A stretch of DNA of 64,000 nt from Trichoplax adhaerens (taxonomy: Eukaryota > Animalia > Placozoa), in the NCBI RefSeq assembly GCF_000150275.1, contig NW_002060946.1, positions 491,562 to 555,561 of the forward strand, read 5' to 3'. A program made the translations under genes and the position numbers. The notes beneath the pieces were generated by a model. That model searched no databases. It saw only the letters and a program-made list of their open reading frames with translations, and was not told the DNA's origin. Of the stretch, positions 1-9,759 are shown piece by piece (the stretch's first letter is position 1; every line of letters starts with the position of its first letter).

Positions 1-877
1 TTGAGTTTTTCTCAACAGATGATAGTTAATACTTTAGCTATGAAATCATTCAGATTATTCTGTACTACAAGTCTTGTTTTATCAAATGATGGACTCGCAT
101 TAGATATTAAAAAGAATACCGTGTTCATTTATTAATATATTTTAGTGCTTAGCAACAGGTGTACAAAAATTAATAAATTTAATTAACTACAGATAAATCT
201 AAATCAGTCATAATCTAGCTCATTACAATGCGATCGAGATTAGATCATAGACATCTCTTACTTCATAAAATATAGTAAAATTTTTTAGAGAACAGTTACA
301 TGATGATGGATTGAAAATAATACCATACAAAAATCAATGCCTACCCTTTCTTTCGAATAGGTAGCTGTTACTTCTCAGTCCAACACTACGAAGATAAATA
401 TTATTAAAGGGATGTTATTAAGATTCATAAGCGTTCCTAGATACCCCAGAAAATGAGTACGAATATATCGTATTTCGCTGTTGACTTCTCTATATGAAAC
501 AGAAATCGAACTCCGAAAAACGATAGATCGCAAAGATGACCGAATGTCACATCTTGTTAATAAGAGGTAGCTCAGTTTACTTATAATACTATTTACGCTA
601 CTTGCGTAGTAATCATATTATTCATATCCATGATAGAAAAGGATGATTACAAAATAACTGAAAATTTTTTTATTTCCAGTAATTTTTCGTTGTTAAAAAA
701 GTACATTACATGTTAACGGTATTGTGATACATAATAAATTACATTTCACTAAATGTTACAATTCTTCTTAAATAAATAAGAAATAGCATTTAATTGTATC
801 TATTGCTCCTTTAAATTTTAGATGTTGTAAGCGCCTAAATATTTAGCAGGTATGAAAAGTGATGATTATATGAGTAA

Positions 878-2203
878 TCACACTCTTCGTACGACTTTTA
901 ATATTACTGGATTTTCTGGTATAGCTGTAAAAATGACAATTGTCGGTAAAGGATTTTCAGTTTGATTAGCTACTTCGAACTTGACTTGTTGTAGTAATCG
1001 TACTAAAATTAGTTTTAAATTCATCATTCCAAGTCTATTGCCTATGCATTTACGAGGGCCATCACTAAATGGTAAAAAGTGACATGGATGACGTTTAGAT
1101 TTCTGATCGGCTGAAAATCGCTGAGGATCGAATTTATCAGGATTTTCCCATATATCAGGATCTTCATGGATAGCTTTTACTGCAATTGCAATACCGACAC
1201 CTTTTGGAAATTGTACGCCGTTAATAACACAATCGCTTTTAGCTTCACGTAAGTTAATGTATCCAGCTGAGAAGTAACGAAATGCTTCGTTAATCGTCAT
1301 TTCTAAGTAGTCTAACTTTTGAATATCGTTATAGTTTAAATTATCTTCATCAGGACAATATTGATCAATCTCTTCAATGACTTTATCTTGTACATCAGGA
1401 TTAGTAGCTAAAGCAAATGCTATGAAGGTTAAGCTAGAAGCTGTAGTATCATATCCTCCGATTAAAAAAGTAAGACAATGTTGTACAATATCGAAATCGC
1501 TTATTTTCTCTTTATGTTCTGCTTCGATTACTAACTTTAGCATATCAGTTCTAGTAGATAAACCTTGATCTAATTCTCTACGACGAGTTGTGACAATTTT
1601 CCTTAACATAGTGGCTAATTTTACGATGGCTTTGACCTGTTTATAGTTAAAAAGAACGCGAAGTGGTCTGGAAGCCTTTGGTAATGCAATAAATAACGCT
1701 GCAATTGGCTTTTTAAGCCCACCCATGAAGTTATTGATGTGAGTTTGTAATTCGATTTTCTTTTCTTCGTTAGGTTTAACACCAAATAGCGATGATAATG
1801 ACATATCCATGGCGGTACTATAAAATAGTTCCCTCACGTTTACAGTATCATCGTCGTTATCGATTTTGTGTAAAACTTTCTCTAACAAATTGTTACTAGC
1901 TTCATTAGCGAAGTGAGACATGGCTTTTAACTTATTCGGAGAGAAAAGCGGAGTTAGACTTTCACGAGCATGCTTCCAAGTCACGTCGCGAGCATCAATT
2001 AAGCCTACGGGCCTATTCGAAGTTGGTACTAAATCGATTCTGTTAATAAAATTTTCGGATTGTTTAACTAGAATTTCATAAGCAATATCAGGATCGGCTA
2101 CGTGGATTATCGGTTTTCGACCGTAGTATAATCCAAAAATCTTTCCATACTTTTTAACATGGTCAGTTAAACATAGATGCCTGCGAACATAAACGGTATC
2201 CCA
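878..2203 (-). CDS. Cytochrome P450 (clan 3-like), copy A; 5' end lost in assembly gap
   Basis: I-helix GGYDTTA, K-helix EAFR, DPQRF and heme motif PFSDGPRKCIG are present. The frame runs into the N-gap at 2204. Near-identical to the 3627-5099 gene at offset 2749. Confidence 0.9.
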   Translation of the reverse strand, partial: WDTVYVRRHLCLTDHVKKYGKIFGLYYGRKPIIHVADPDIAYEILVKQSENFINRIDLVPTSNRPVGLIDARDVTWKHARESLTPLFSPNKLKAMSHFANEASNNLLEKVLHKIDNDDDTVNVRELFYSTAMDMSLSSLFGVKPNEEKKIELQTHINNFMGGLKKPIAALFIALPKASRPLRVLFNYKQVKAIVKLATMLRKIVTTRRRELDQGLSTRTDMLKLVIEAEHKEKISDFDIVQHCLTFLIGGYDTTASSLTFIAFALATNPDVQDKVIEEIDQYCPDEDNLNYNDIQKLDYLEMTINEAFRYFSAGYINLREAKSDCVINGVQFPKGVGIAIAVKAIHEDPDIWENPDKFDPQRFSADQKSKRHPCHFLPFSDGPRKCIGNRLGMMNLKLILVRLLQQVKFEVANQTENPLPTIVIFTAIPENPVILKVVRRV

Positions 2204-2253
2204 NNNNNNNNNNNNNNNNNNNNNNNNNNNNNNNNNNNNNNNNNNNNNNNNNN
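2204..2253. other. Assembly gap (50 N)
   Basis: Run of N in the sequence. Confidence 0.99.
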
Positions 2254-3626
2254 GAATGTTCACCATAACAGCTATAATCAGTTTCATTGATAAATTCATT
2301 ATGTACATTAGGGTTACTAAATATTGCAAACACCATAAGGTCAGAGTACAAGTTGTGATGTCATAATTTTCAACGGAAATGTATGATAATTCTATACCGT
2401 ACGGCATCATGATCGCTAATTTTTTCTTTATCTTAGGCTGCAAATATCAACTTCAATATATTACTCGGCGAGAGATCCTATTCCATCTCCCAAAGGAGAT
2501 TATTACGATGCCTCTCAGCGATTTTTAAGCTACAAACTTGTTTATAAGTGATGAATAAGCTTAGTATCCAATAATTTTGTGGTGTTAAAATGAATAAACT
2601 GCAATTGATTTACCAAAATCGCACATGAAAATTTTTGTTATGCTCCGAATTTTTCATTTCTCGCTTACTTTGACTATGAAAGTAATGCTAACATGTCTAT
2701 AAGAACAATGCAGAAATACTATTTAACATTCCTGACGCCATTATCGGAATTGAGTTTTTCTCAACAGATGATAGTTAATACTTTAGCTATGAAATCATTC
2801 AGATTATTCTGTACTACAAGTCTTGTTTTATCAAATGATGGACTCGCATTAGATATTAAAAAGAATACCGTGTTCATTTATTAATATATTTTAGTGCTTA
2901 GCAACAGGTGTACAAAAATTAATAAATTTAATTAACTACAGATAAATCTAAATCAGTCATAATCTAGCTCATTACAATGCGATCGAGATTAGATCATAGA
3001 CATCTCTTACTTCATAAAATATAGTAAAATTTTTTAGAGAACAGTTACATGATGATGGATTGAAAATAATACCATACAAAAATCAATGCCTACCCTTTCT
3101 TTCGAATAGGTAGCTGTTACTTCTCAGTCCAACACTACGAAGATAAATATTATTAAAGGGATGTTATTAAGATTCATAAGCGTTCCTAGATACCCCAGAA
3201 AATGAGTACGAATATATCGTATTTCGCTGTTGACTTCTCTATATGAAACAGAAATCGAACTCCGAAAAACGATAGATCGCAAAGATGACCGAATGTCACA
3301 TCTTGTTAATAAGAGGTAGCTCAGTTTACTTATAATACTATTTACGCTACTTGCGTAGTAATCATATTATTCATATCCATGATAGAAAAGGATGATTACA
3401 AAATAACTGAAAATTTTTTTATTTCCAGTAATTTTTCGTTGTTAAAAAAGTACATTACATGTTAACGGTATTGTGATACATAATAAATTACATTTCACTA
3501 AATGTTACAATTCTTCTTAAATAAATAAGAAATAGCATTTAATTGTATCTATTGCTCCTTTAAATTTTAGATGTTGTAAGCGCCTAAATATTTAGCAGGT
3601 ATGAAAAGTGATGATTATATGAGTAA

Positions 3627-5099
3627 TCACACTCTTCGTACGACTTTTAATATTACTGGATTTTCTGGTATAGCTGTAAAAATGACAATTGTCGGTAAAG
3701 GATTTTCAGTTTGATTAGCTACTTCGAACTTGACTTGTTGTAGTAATCGTACTAAAATTAGTTTTAAATTCATCATTCCAAGTCTATTGCCTATGCATTT
3801 ACGAGGGCCATCACTAAATGGTAAAAAGTGACATGGATGACGTTTAGATTTCTGATCGGCTGAAAATCGCTGAGGATCGAATTTATCAGGATTTTCCCAT
3901 ATATCAGGATCTTCATGGATAGCTTTTACTGCAATTGCAATACCGACACCTTTTGGAAATTGTACGCCGTTAATAACACAATCGCTTTTAGCTTCACGTA
4001 AGCTAATGTAGCCAGCTGAGAAGTAACGAAATGCTTCGTTAATCGTCATTTCTAAGTAGTCTAACTTTTGAATATCGTTATAGTTTAAATTATCTTCATC
4101 AGGACAATATTGATCAATCTCTTCAATGACTTTATCTTGTACATCAGGATTAGTAGCTAAAGCAAATGCTATGAAGGTCAAGTTAGAAGCTGTAGTATCA
4201 TATCCTCCGATTAAAAAAGTAAAGCAATGTTGTACAATATCGAAATCGCTTATTTTCTCTTTATGTTCTGCTTCGATTACTAACTTTAGCATATCAGTTC
4301 TAGTAGATAAACCTTGATCTAATTCTCTACGACGAGCTGTGACAATTTCTCTTAGCATAGACGACGCTTTTATGATACCTTTGACTTGTTTATAAGCGAT
4401 AAATAAGCTTAGGAATCTGTAAATATTTGGTAATGCAAAAAATAACACTGAAATTGGCCTTCTAATTCCACCCAAGAAGTTATTGATGTGAGTTTGTAAT
4501 TCGATTTTCTTTTCTTCGTTAGGTTTAACACCAAATAGCGATGATAATGACATATCCATGGCGGTACTATAAAATAGTTCCCTCACGTTTATAGTATCAT
4601 CGTCGTTATCGATTTTGTGTAAAACTTTCTCTAACAAATTGCTACTAGCTTCATTAGCGAAGTGAGACATGGCTTTTAACTTATTCGGAGAGAAAAGCGG
4701 AGTTAGACTTTCACGAGCATGCTTCCAAGTCACGTCGCGAGCATCAATTAAGCCTACGGGCTGTTTCGAAGTTGGTCCGAATTTAATTCTGTTAATAAAA
4801 TTTTCGGATTGTTTAACTAGAATTTCATAAGCAATATCAGGATCGGCTACGTGGATTATCGGTTTTCGACCGTAGTATAATCCAAAAATCTTTCCATACT
4901 TTTTAACATGGTCAGTTAAACATAGATGCCTACGAGCATAAACGGTATCCCATAAATTACCGACGATAAACTTGGGTTTAGGACCAGGTATATTAATCTT
5001 ATCAAAGTAGGAGTACGGTTTGAGATAGTAGAAATAGAAAATATAAGTAAAGAGTAAGACAGCAAAAGTCGAGGACAGAATGATAAAAGTTATATCCAT
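3627..5099 (-). CDS. Cytochrome P450 (clan 3-like), copy B, 490 aa, intronless
   Basis: Start ATG at 5099 (MDITFIILSS, TM anchor), then PGPKP hinge, GGYDTTA, EAFR, PFSDGPRKCIG. Confidence 0.93.
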   Translation of the reverse strand: MDITFIILSSTFAVLLFTYIFYFYYLKPYSYFDKINIPGPKPKFIVGNLWDTVYARRHLCLTDHVKKYGKIFGLYYGRKPIIHVADPDIAYEILVKQSENFINRIKFGPTSKQPVGLIDARDVTWKHARESLTPLFSPNKLKAMSHFANEASSNLLEKVLHKIDNDDDTINVRELFYSTAMDMSLSSLFGVKPNEEKKIELQTHINNFLGGIRRPISVLFFALPNIYRFLSLFIAYKQVKGIIKASSMLREIVTARRRELDQGLSTRTDMLKLVIEAEHKEKISDFDIVQHCFTFLIGGYDTTASNLTFIAFALATNPDVQDKVIEEIDQYCPDEDNLNYNDIQKLDYLEMTINEAFRYFSAGYISLREAKSDCVINGVQFPKGVGIAIAVKAIHEDPDIWENPDKFDPQRFSADQKSKRHPCHFLPFSDGPRKCIGNRLGMMNLKLILVRLLQQVKFEVANQTENPLPTIVIFTAIPENPVILKVVRRV

Positions 5100-5195
5100 A
5101 TTTGCGAGATTTGACAAACGTATTATAACTGTAGATGTAATCAGCGTGCAACTACTGTAATAACTGTAGATGCAATGACCGTGCAACTACTCTAA

Positions 5196-5537
5196 TAGTA
5201 ATACAGTGCCTACCGCTTTATAAGCCCACCTGCGAAGATATATCCTTTTACGGGTATACTGTATGTTACATAAATATTATACAGGCATTTCAACAGAATA
5301 CAGTATTACTGTAATAGTAATACAGTAGTTGCCGCTCTATAAGCCCACCTGCGGATATCCTTCTACGGGTATACTGTATGTTACATAAATATTATACTGG
5401 CATTTCAACGGAATACACAGTACTGTATAGTACACAGTGTACAGTGTGATTATTTTCGATGTCTCCTCTTCGTTAAAAAATCAAAGTTGTATTCCGTTGA
5501 AATTCCTGTATAGTATTTATATTTATATATACCCGTT
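5196..5537. repeat. ~118-bp tandem duplication plus an inverted partial third copy upstream of P450 B
   Basis: tataagcccacctgcg...tacgggtatactgtatgttacataaatattatac..gcatttcaac.gaatac occurs twice (~5196-5312, ~5313-5430). 5489-5537 (gtattccgttgaaat...tatacccgt) is a degenerate reverse complement of 5364-5416. Confidence 0.8.
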
Positions 5538-6941
5538 AGATTGTATGATGTAATACCAGAAAACTTGTAATTATTGCGTTGGAAGTGTGAACGGCGTACG
5601 TATAGAAGCCGCCGCTTTTCAATACAATAAAGAGAGAGTAGAGTTAGTAGTTAGTTTTACAAGAACTTGAACGACGTGTTCAATTTCTTGCCTCGACTGT
5701 ATGCTAAGTGAGAGTAGTTGCAAACTTTCAATACAGTTGTTAATATTAATTCTAGATAGTAATATACAACAAATGTAGTACAGTGGATAGTAACTACCGC
5801 ACCAAGTGCGGGTAAAAGTAGCATTTCTGTTGCATGTCATCGCCCAAAAAGGGATAACTCCATCATAACTTCGACAGTGTGTACACTGTACTGTACAGCA
5901 TAACACTACGTCATACATATAATATATGCATGCTCATATAAAGTGTTCATTTTATCAGAAAGTTAATCATTTAATGTAACCCAGTGAACTTCCTACTTTA
6001 TGAGAGTTCAATATACAGTACAAGTACTCAGTGCGTCAAGTACAGTAGACGTGACATAAACATCATCAAGAGTATTGTAGGTCATTTGGTGCTCGAGCCT
6101 CGAGGTCTTTGCAAAAAAGGAGTAATTTATCCCGGCTTCGGAAGAGCCTAGCCAAAATAAACGAAAGTAGGTACAGTACAGTTATATTGCATGGATTCAA
6201 AGTGTATCTACAAATGAACGAGACTCAAATCAGACTTTTAAAGCGAAACACAGCAATCAATCATGCAATATTGGGAGATCTACCTATACTGCTCATGATT
6301 TATCATATCATAGTACAGTATAAATGGACGTACTAAAAACTGATTCATGAAACCGTTTACTGACAATAAAACGGTAAAGCAATAAAAACATAGAAAAAAA
6401 AGTAAATCACTGACGGTACATTAGCATCGCACCACTAAATATTGTTTGGGAGATATCACTTGACGCTTTTGACTCATACATTGGATAAATCAATCAATAA
6501 TAACTAGTGTCCAGTACATTGTACCATAGACTTATACGGTTTCTAGAAATCCGTGATTGTACTTCAATGTTAGAGACTACATACTGCTTACGACTAACTT
6601 GGACACCTGACTAGTAGTATACTGTACTAGTTGAACGAAAAGCCATCAATTGATGTCTAATTCATTTGTCATCGAGTGGTACTATGTTTATTGTTGCTAT
6701 TTTATCATTAGGGATAGTAGTATACGCGCATATACAGAATAAATGGTGTTCTACCAGCATGACAGGAAGTAGCATAAGAAGCATATCAGCAACACTCATA
6801 TTATTCAGATTCTGGAATTGATAACGGACTACGTATGTCCACCAATGTCAAATCCTTTTCAAGCTTTACTATTGCAGTAATAACTTTATTCTTTTCCACT
6901 AAATGACTAAGAACATGAGTGACAGTTGATGGAAAATTACT

Positions 6942-8417
6942 TTATTGCGTCCTATGAACAATCTTCAGATATACCGGATTTTCTGGTACAACAGTAAATT
7001 GTATTACCGTTGGTAACGGGATCTCGGTCTCTTTAGCCACATCAAATTTCACTCGTTGTAATAATCTTGCTAAGATTAGTTTCATGTTCATCCAGCCCAA
7101 TCTTATACCTATGCATTTTCGAGGGCCTTCGCTAAACGGTAGAAAATGACAAGGGTGACGATTAGCATTAGCTTCAGGTGAAAATCTCTCTGGATCAAAT
7201 TTGTCTGGATTCTCCCATACATCAGGATCTTCATGAATAGCTTTAACAGCAATGGCAACACCAACACCTTTCGGAAATCTTACGCCGCGAATGGTGCAAT
7301 CTTCCTTCGCTTCGCGAAGATTGATATAGCCAGGTGAGTAATAACGTAACGTTTCATTTAGTACCATGTCCATATAAGTTAACTTTTGAACATCGTTGTA
7401 AGTCAGATTGCTTACATCGGGGCAATGCTGGTCGATTTCTTCAATGAGCTTGTCTTGGACATCAGGATTAGTAGCTAAGGAAAATACGGCATAAGTCAAG
7501 GTAGCAGCAGTAGTGTCGTAACCACCAACCAAGAACGTAAAGCAATGTTGTACAATATCTCGATCGGTAATCTTGTCTTTATGTTCAGCCTCGATGACTA
7601 ATTTGAGCATGTCAGTTCTAGTGGTAACGCCTTGCTGAAGTTCTTGACGACGCGTCTTGATAATTTGTTGCAAAATAGAATGCGTCTTGACAATACCAAA
7701 TACTTGCTTACGAGCAAAAAAAACACTTAGCAAAATGAAAACTTTAGGTAGCGCAATCGACCAAGCAGAAAATGGGCGAGCAAGTCCTGTTATAAAGTCA
7801 GAAAAGCCTGCTTCGAATTCATCTCTTTTTTTTTCGTCTGCTTCGATACCAAACATGGACGTTAAAGACATTTCCATAGCGGTACTATAAAACAGCTTTT
7901 TCATATCCAATACAGCACTACGTAGTTCAGTATTCTCAAGTATTTTATTCAATAAATTGAAACCAGCATTATTTGCGAATTGAGACATCGCTTTTAGCTT
8001 AGTAGGAGAGAATAACGGTGTCAAGCTTGTTCGCGCATTTTTCCAATCCTCATCACGAGCTTCCATCAAGCCTACAGGTCTATCAAAGCTCGGCACCAAG
8101 TTAACTCGATTTAAAAATTTGTCTGATTGTTTTAGCAAAATCTCGCTTACAATATCGATATCAGCAACATGGATGATGGGAATCTGACCATAAAATAGCC
8201 CGACTACCTTGCCATATTTTTTAAAGTATTTATTTAAGCACCTATGACGATGGCCATAGCTGCTATCGAACAAGTTACCGAAAATATATTTAGGTTTAGG
8301 CCCTGGTATATTGAATTTGTCAAAGTAAGAGTATGGTTTCACATAGTAATGATAAATATAATATAAAAGAGAAGCAGTGGTAAAACCAAGTATCGTTGTG
8401 TAGACTGAATTATCCAT
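6942..8417 (-). CDS. Cytochrome P450 (clan 3-like), paralog C, 491 aa, intronless
   Basis: Likely start MDNSVY at 8417 followed by TM and PGPKP. GGYDTTA, ETLR, PERF and PFSEGPRKCIG present. Clear paralog of A/B. Confidence 0.93.
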   Translation of the reverse strand: MDNSVYTTILGFTTASLLYYIYHYYVKPYSYFDKFNIPGPKPKYIFGNLFDSSYGHRHRCLNKYFKKYGKVVGLFYGQIPIIHVADIDIVSEILLKQSDKFLNRVNLVPSFDRPVGLMEARDEDWKNARTSLTPLFSPTKLKAMSQFANNAGFNLLNKILENTELRSAVLDMKKLFYSTAMEMSLTSMFGIEADEKKRDEFEAGFSDFITGLARPFSAWSIALPKVFILLSVFFARKQVFGIVKTHSILQQIIKTRRQELQQGVTTRTDMLKLVIEAEHKDKITDRDIVQHCFTFLVGGYDTTAATLTYAVFSLATNPDVQDKLIEEIDQHCPDVSNLTYNDVQKLTYMDMVLNETLRYYSPGYINLREAKEDCTIRGVRFPKGVGVAIAVKAIHEDPDVWENPDKFDPERFSPEANANRHPCHFLPFSEGPRKCIGIRLGWMNMKLILARLLQRVKFDVAKETEIPLPTVIQFTVVPENPVYLKIVHRTQ

Positions 8418-8732
8418 TTTCCAATATTTTTTCAGTGTTGATGCAGCATACGATATGAACAACCGAACATTGATCGCATGAATTACCTTCAATCCTTTAT
8501 AAGAGTAGCAAGCCTTGTACAGTGTAAATGTAGACCTTAATACACCTATCAGTGATTTAGTGTTAAGGCTCTTACTCTGTATGATAACATTCCGATGATG
8601 CAAACGTTGCCAAGGTTAATCCGAGAAAACTACTGGTGTAGCTGCAAGTCTGCAACCTTTCAATACCTTCTGTGTTTACAAATGTCCGACATGCAGATTG
8701 TTGAGCCTTATTCAACAAACAAGTCATGTGCA

Positions 8733-8840
8733 ACACACACCCTCACGAGTCACGGTCAGTTGCTGTACTGTACTGTACAGTACAGTACAGCAATGTACTG
8801 TACAGTACAGCAACTGACCGTGACTCGTGAGGATGTGTGT
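8733..8840. repeat. Long inverted repeat/hairpin with nested perfect palindrome
   Basis: 8741-8773 is the exact reverse complement of 8800-8832 (33 bp), extendable to 8733/8840 with one mismatch. 8760-8793 is itself a perfect 34-bp palindrome. Confidence 0.92.
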
Positions 8841-9265
8841 ACAGTGTACAGTATATGACATACAGTACTGTACTGTACTGTATAGACATCCCAGTACAGT
8901 ATACTGTACTGTAGTACTGTACAGTACAGTACAGTACTGTAGAGTACAGTACTGTACAGTTGTGAAACAAGAATTTCTACAGTACTGTAGAGTGCAAATT
9001 CTACAGTACTGTAGAGTGCAAATTCTACAGTGTACAGTACAGTACAGTACGTTCGAATTCTACGGTACAGCACAGCTGAAACATCTCAACTTGTCAAGTG
9101 ATAGTTCTACCAGGGGCTTGTAAGACAAGAATTATTTACTGTAGTCTTGCAAGTCTCCGGTTCTACTGTACAGTACAGTACCACCTGATTTTGTTACAGT
9201 ATACAGAACAGTACTGAATGGCAACCTCAGATCTGTCTATCTAGTACAATACAGTACTGTACTAA
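8841..9265. repeat. Low-complexity (TACAG)n/(CTGTA)n palindromic field, including a 24-bp tandem unit ttctacagtactgtagagtgcaaa
   Basis: Direct reading. The field produces spurious Y/C/T/V/Q ORFs on both strands. The 24-mer occurs ~2.5 times at ~8974-9030. Confidence 0.85.
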
Positions 9266-9759
9266 ACGAATGCATTGGGTAATGTGCTGTACTTTAATGA
9301 GGTGATTGAGCAATAAGATTGCTGATAATTCATTCAAATGCCGCAATGAACGCCTAAAAATTGATTGGAACACAAGACCTACAAGGTAAATGATAACGTA
9401 TACAATTAAAAAGCAGCCCTAATAAAAGTGATATTAAATTGTATATCAAACTCATCAATAAATGTTTATCGTGTTTTACAACATTCGCAGGGAAACAACG
9501 TTGAAACTGATTGCAATATTGCCTCGGTTGATTCAAGCAGCGAACTGAATTGACTGGATTGAAAATATATAACATCGAAAATCTTATCTACTGTATACGA
9601 GTATACAGTTTATCACAGTCTAGCGGCCTTGACTAGTTTATAAGAGATTGGAATACAGCAAGCGTTGGATGCAATCCTGTACTGCACTACTAGAGTAGTA
9701 AAAGACTGACCTTATTGATTAGTTGTTATAACGTTGGTATAGGCTGAAGAGAGTAATCG

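Larger units (their letters stand above)
1..4952. repeat. Tandem segmental duplication: 1-2203 matches 2750-4952 (P450 plus 3' flank)
   Basis: Window start ttgagtttttctcaacagatg recurs at 2750. Stop codons at 878 and 3627 give the same 2749 offset. The non-coding flanks appear identical by eye. Confidence 0.95.

Noticed and set aside
1377-1568. Short antisense ORFs within P450s (also 4126, 7657, 13898, 49744)
   Set aside because: They are shadows of the coding strand with no independent evidence.
2254-2443. N-terminal part of ORF 878..2443 (MQPKIKKK...)
   Set aside because: It is read through the N-gap by chance, has no P450 anchor or PGP hinge, and is intergenic sequence downstream of copy B.
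8418-8603. 62-aa N-terminal extension of P450 C (and the 29-aa extension of B)
   Set aside because: The downstream ATGs directly precede the TM anchor and give typical ~490-aa P450s.
8974-9030. Palindromic 24-bp repeats (and the 15-bp array at 12398) as a CRISPR-like array
   Set aside because: No unique spacers of CRISPR length, no cas genes, and a eukaryotic intron-containing context.
8595-9123. Overlapping Tyr/Cys/Thr/Val-rich ORFs (also 12364-12603)
   Set aside because: They are translation artefacts of the TACAG/CTGTA repeat on both strands.
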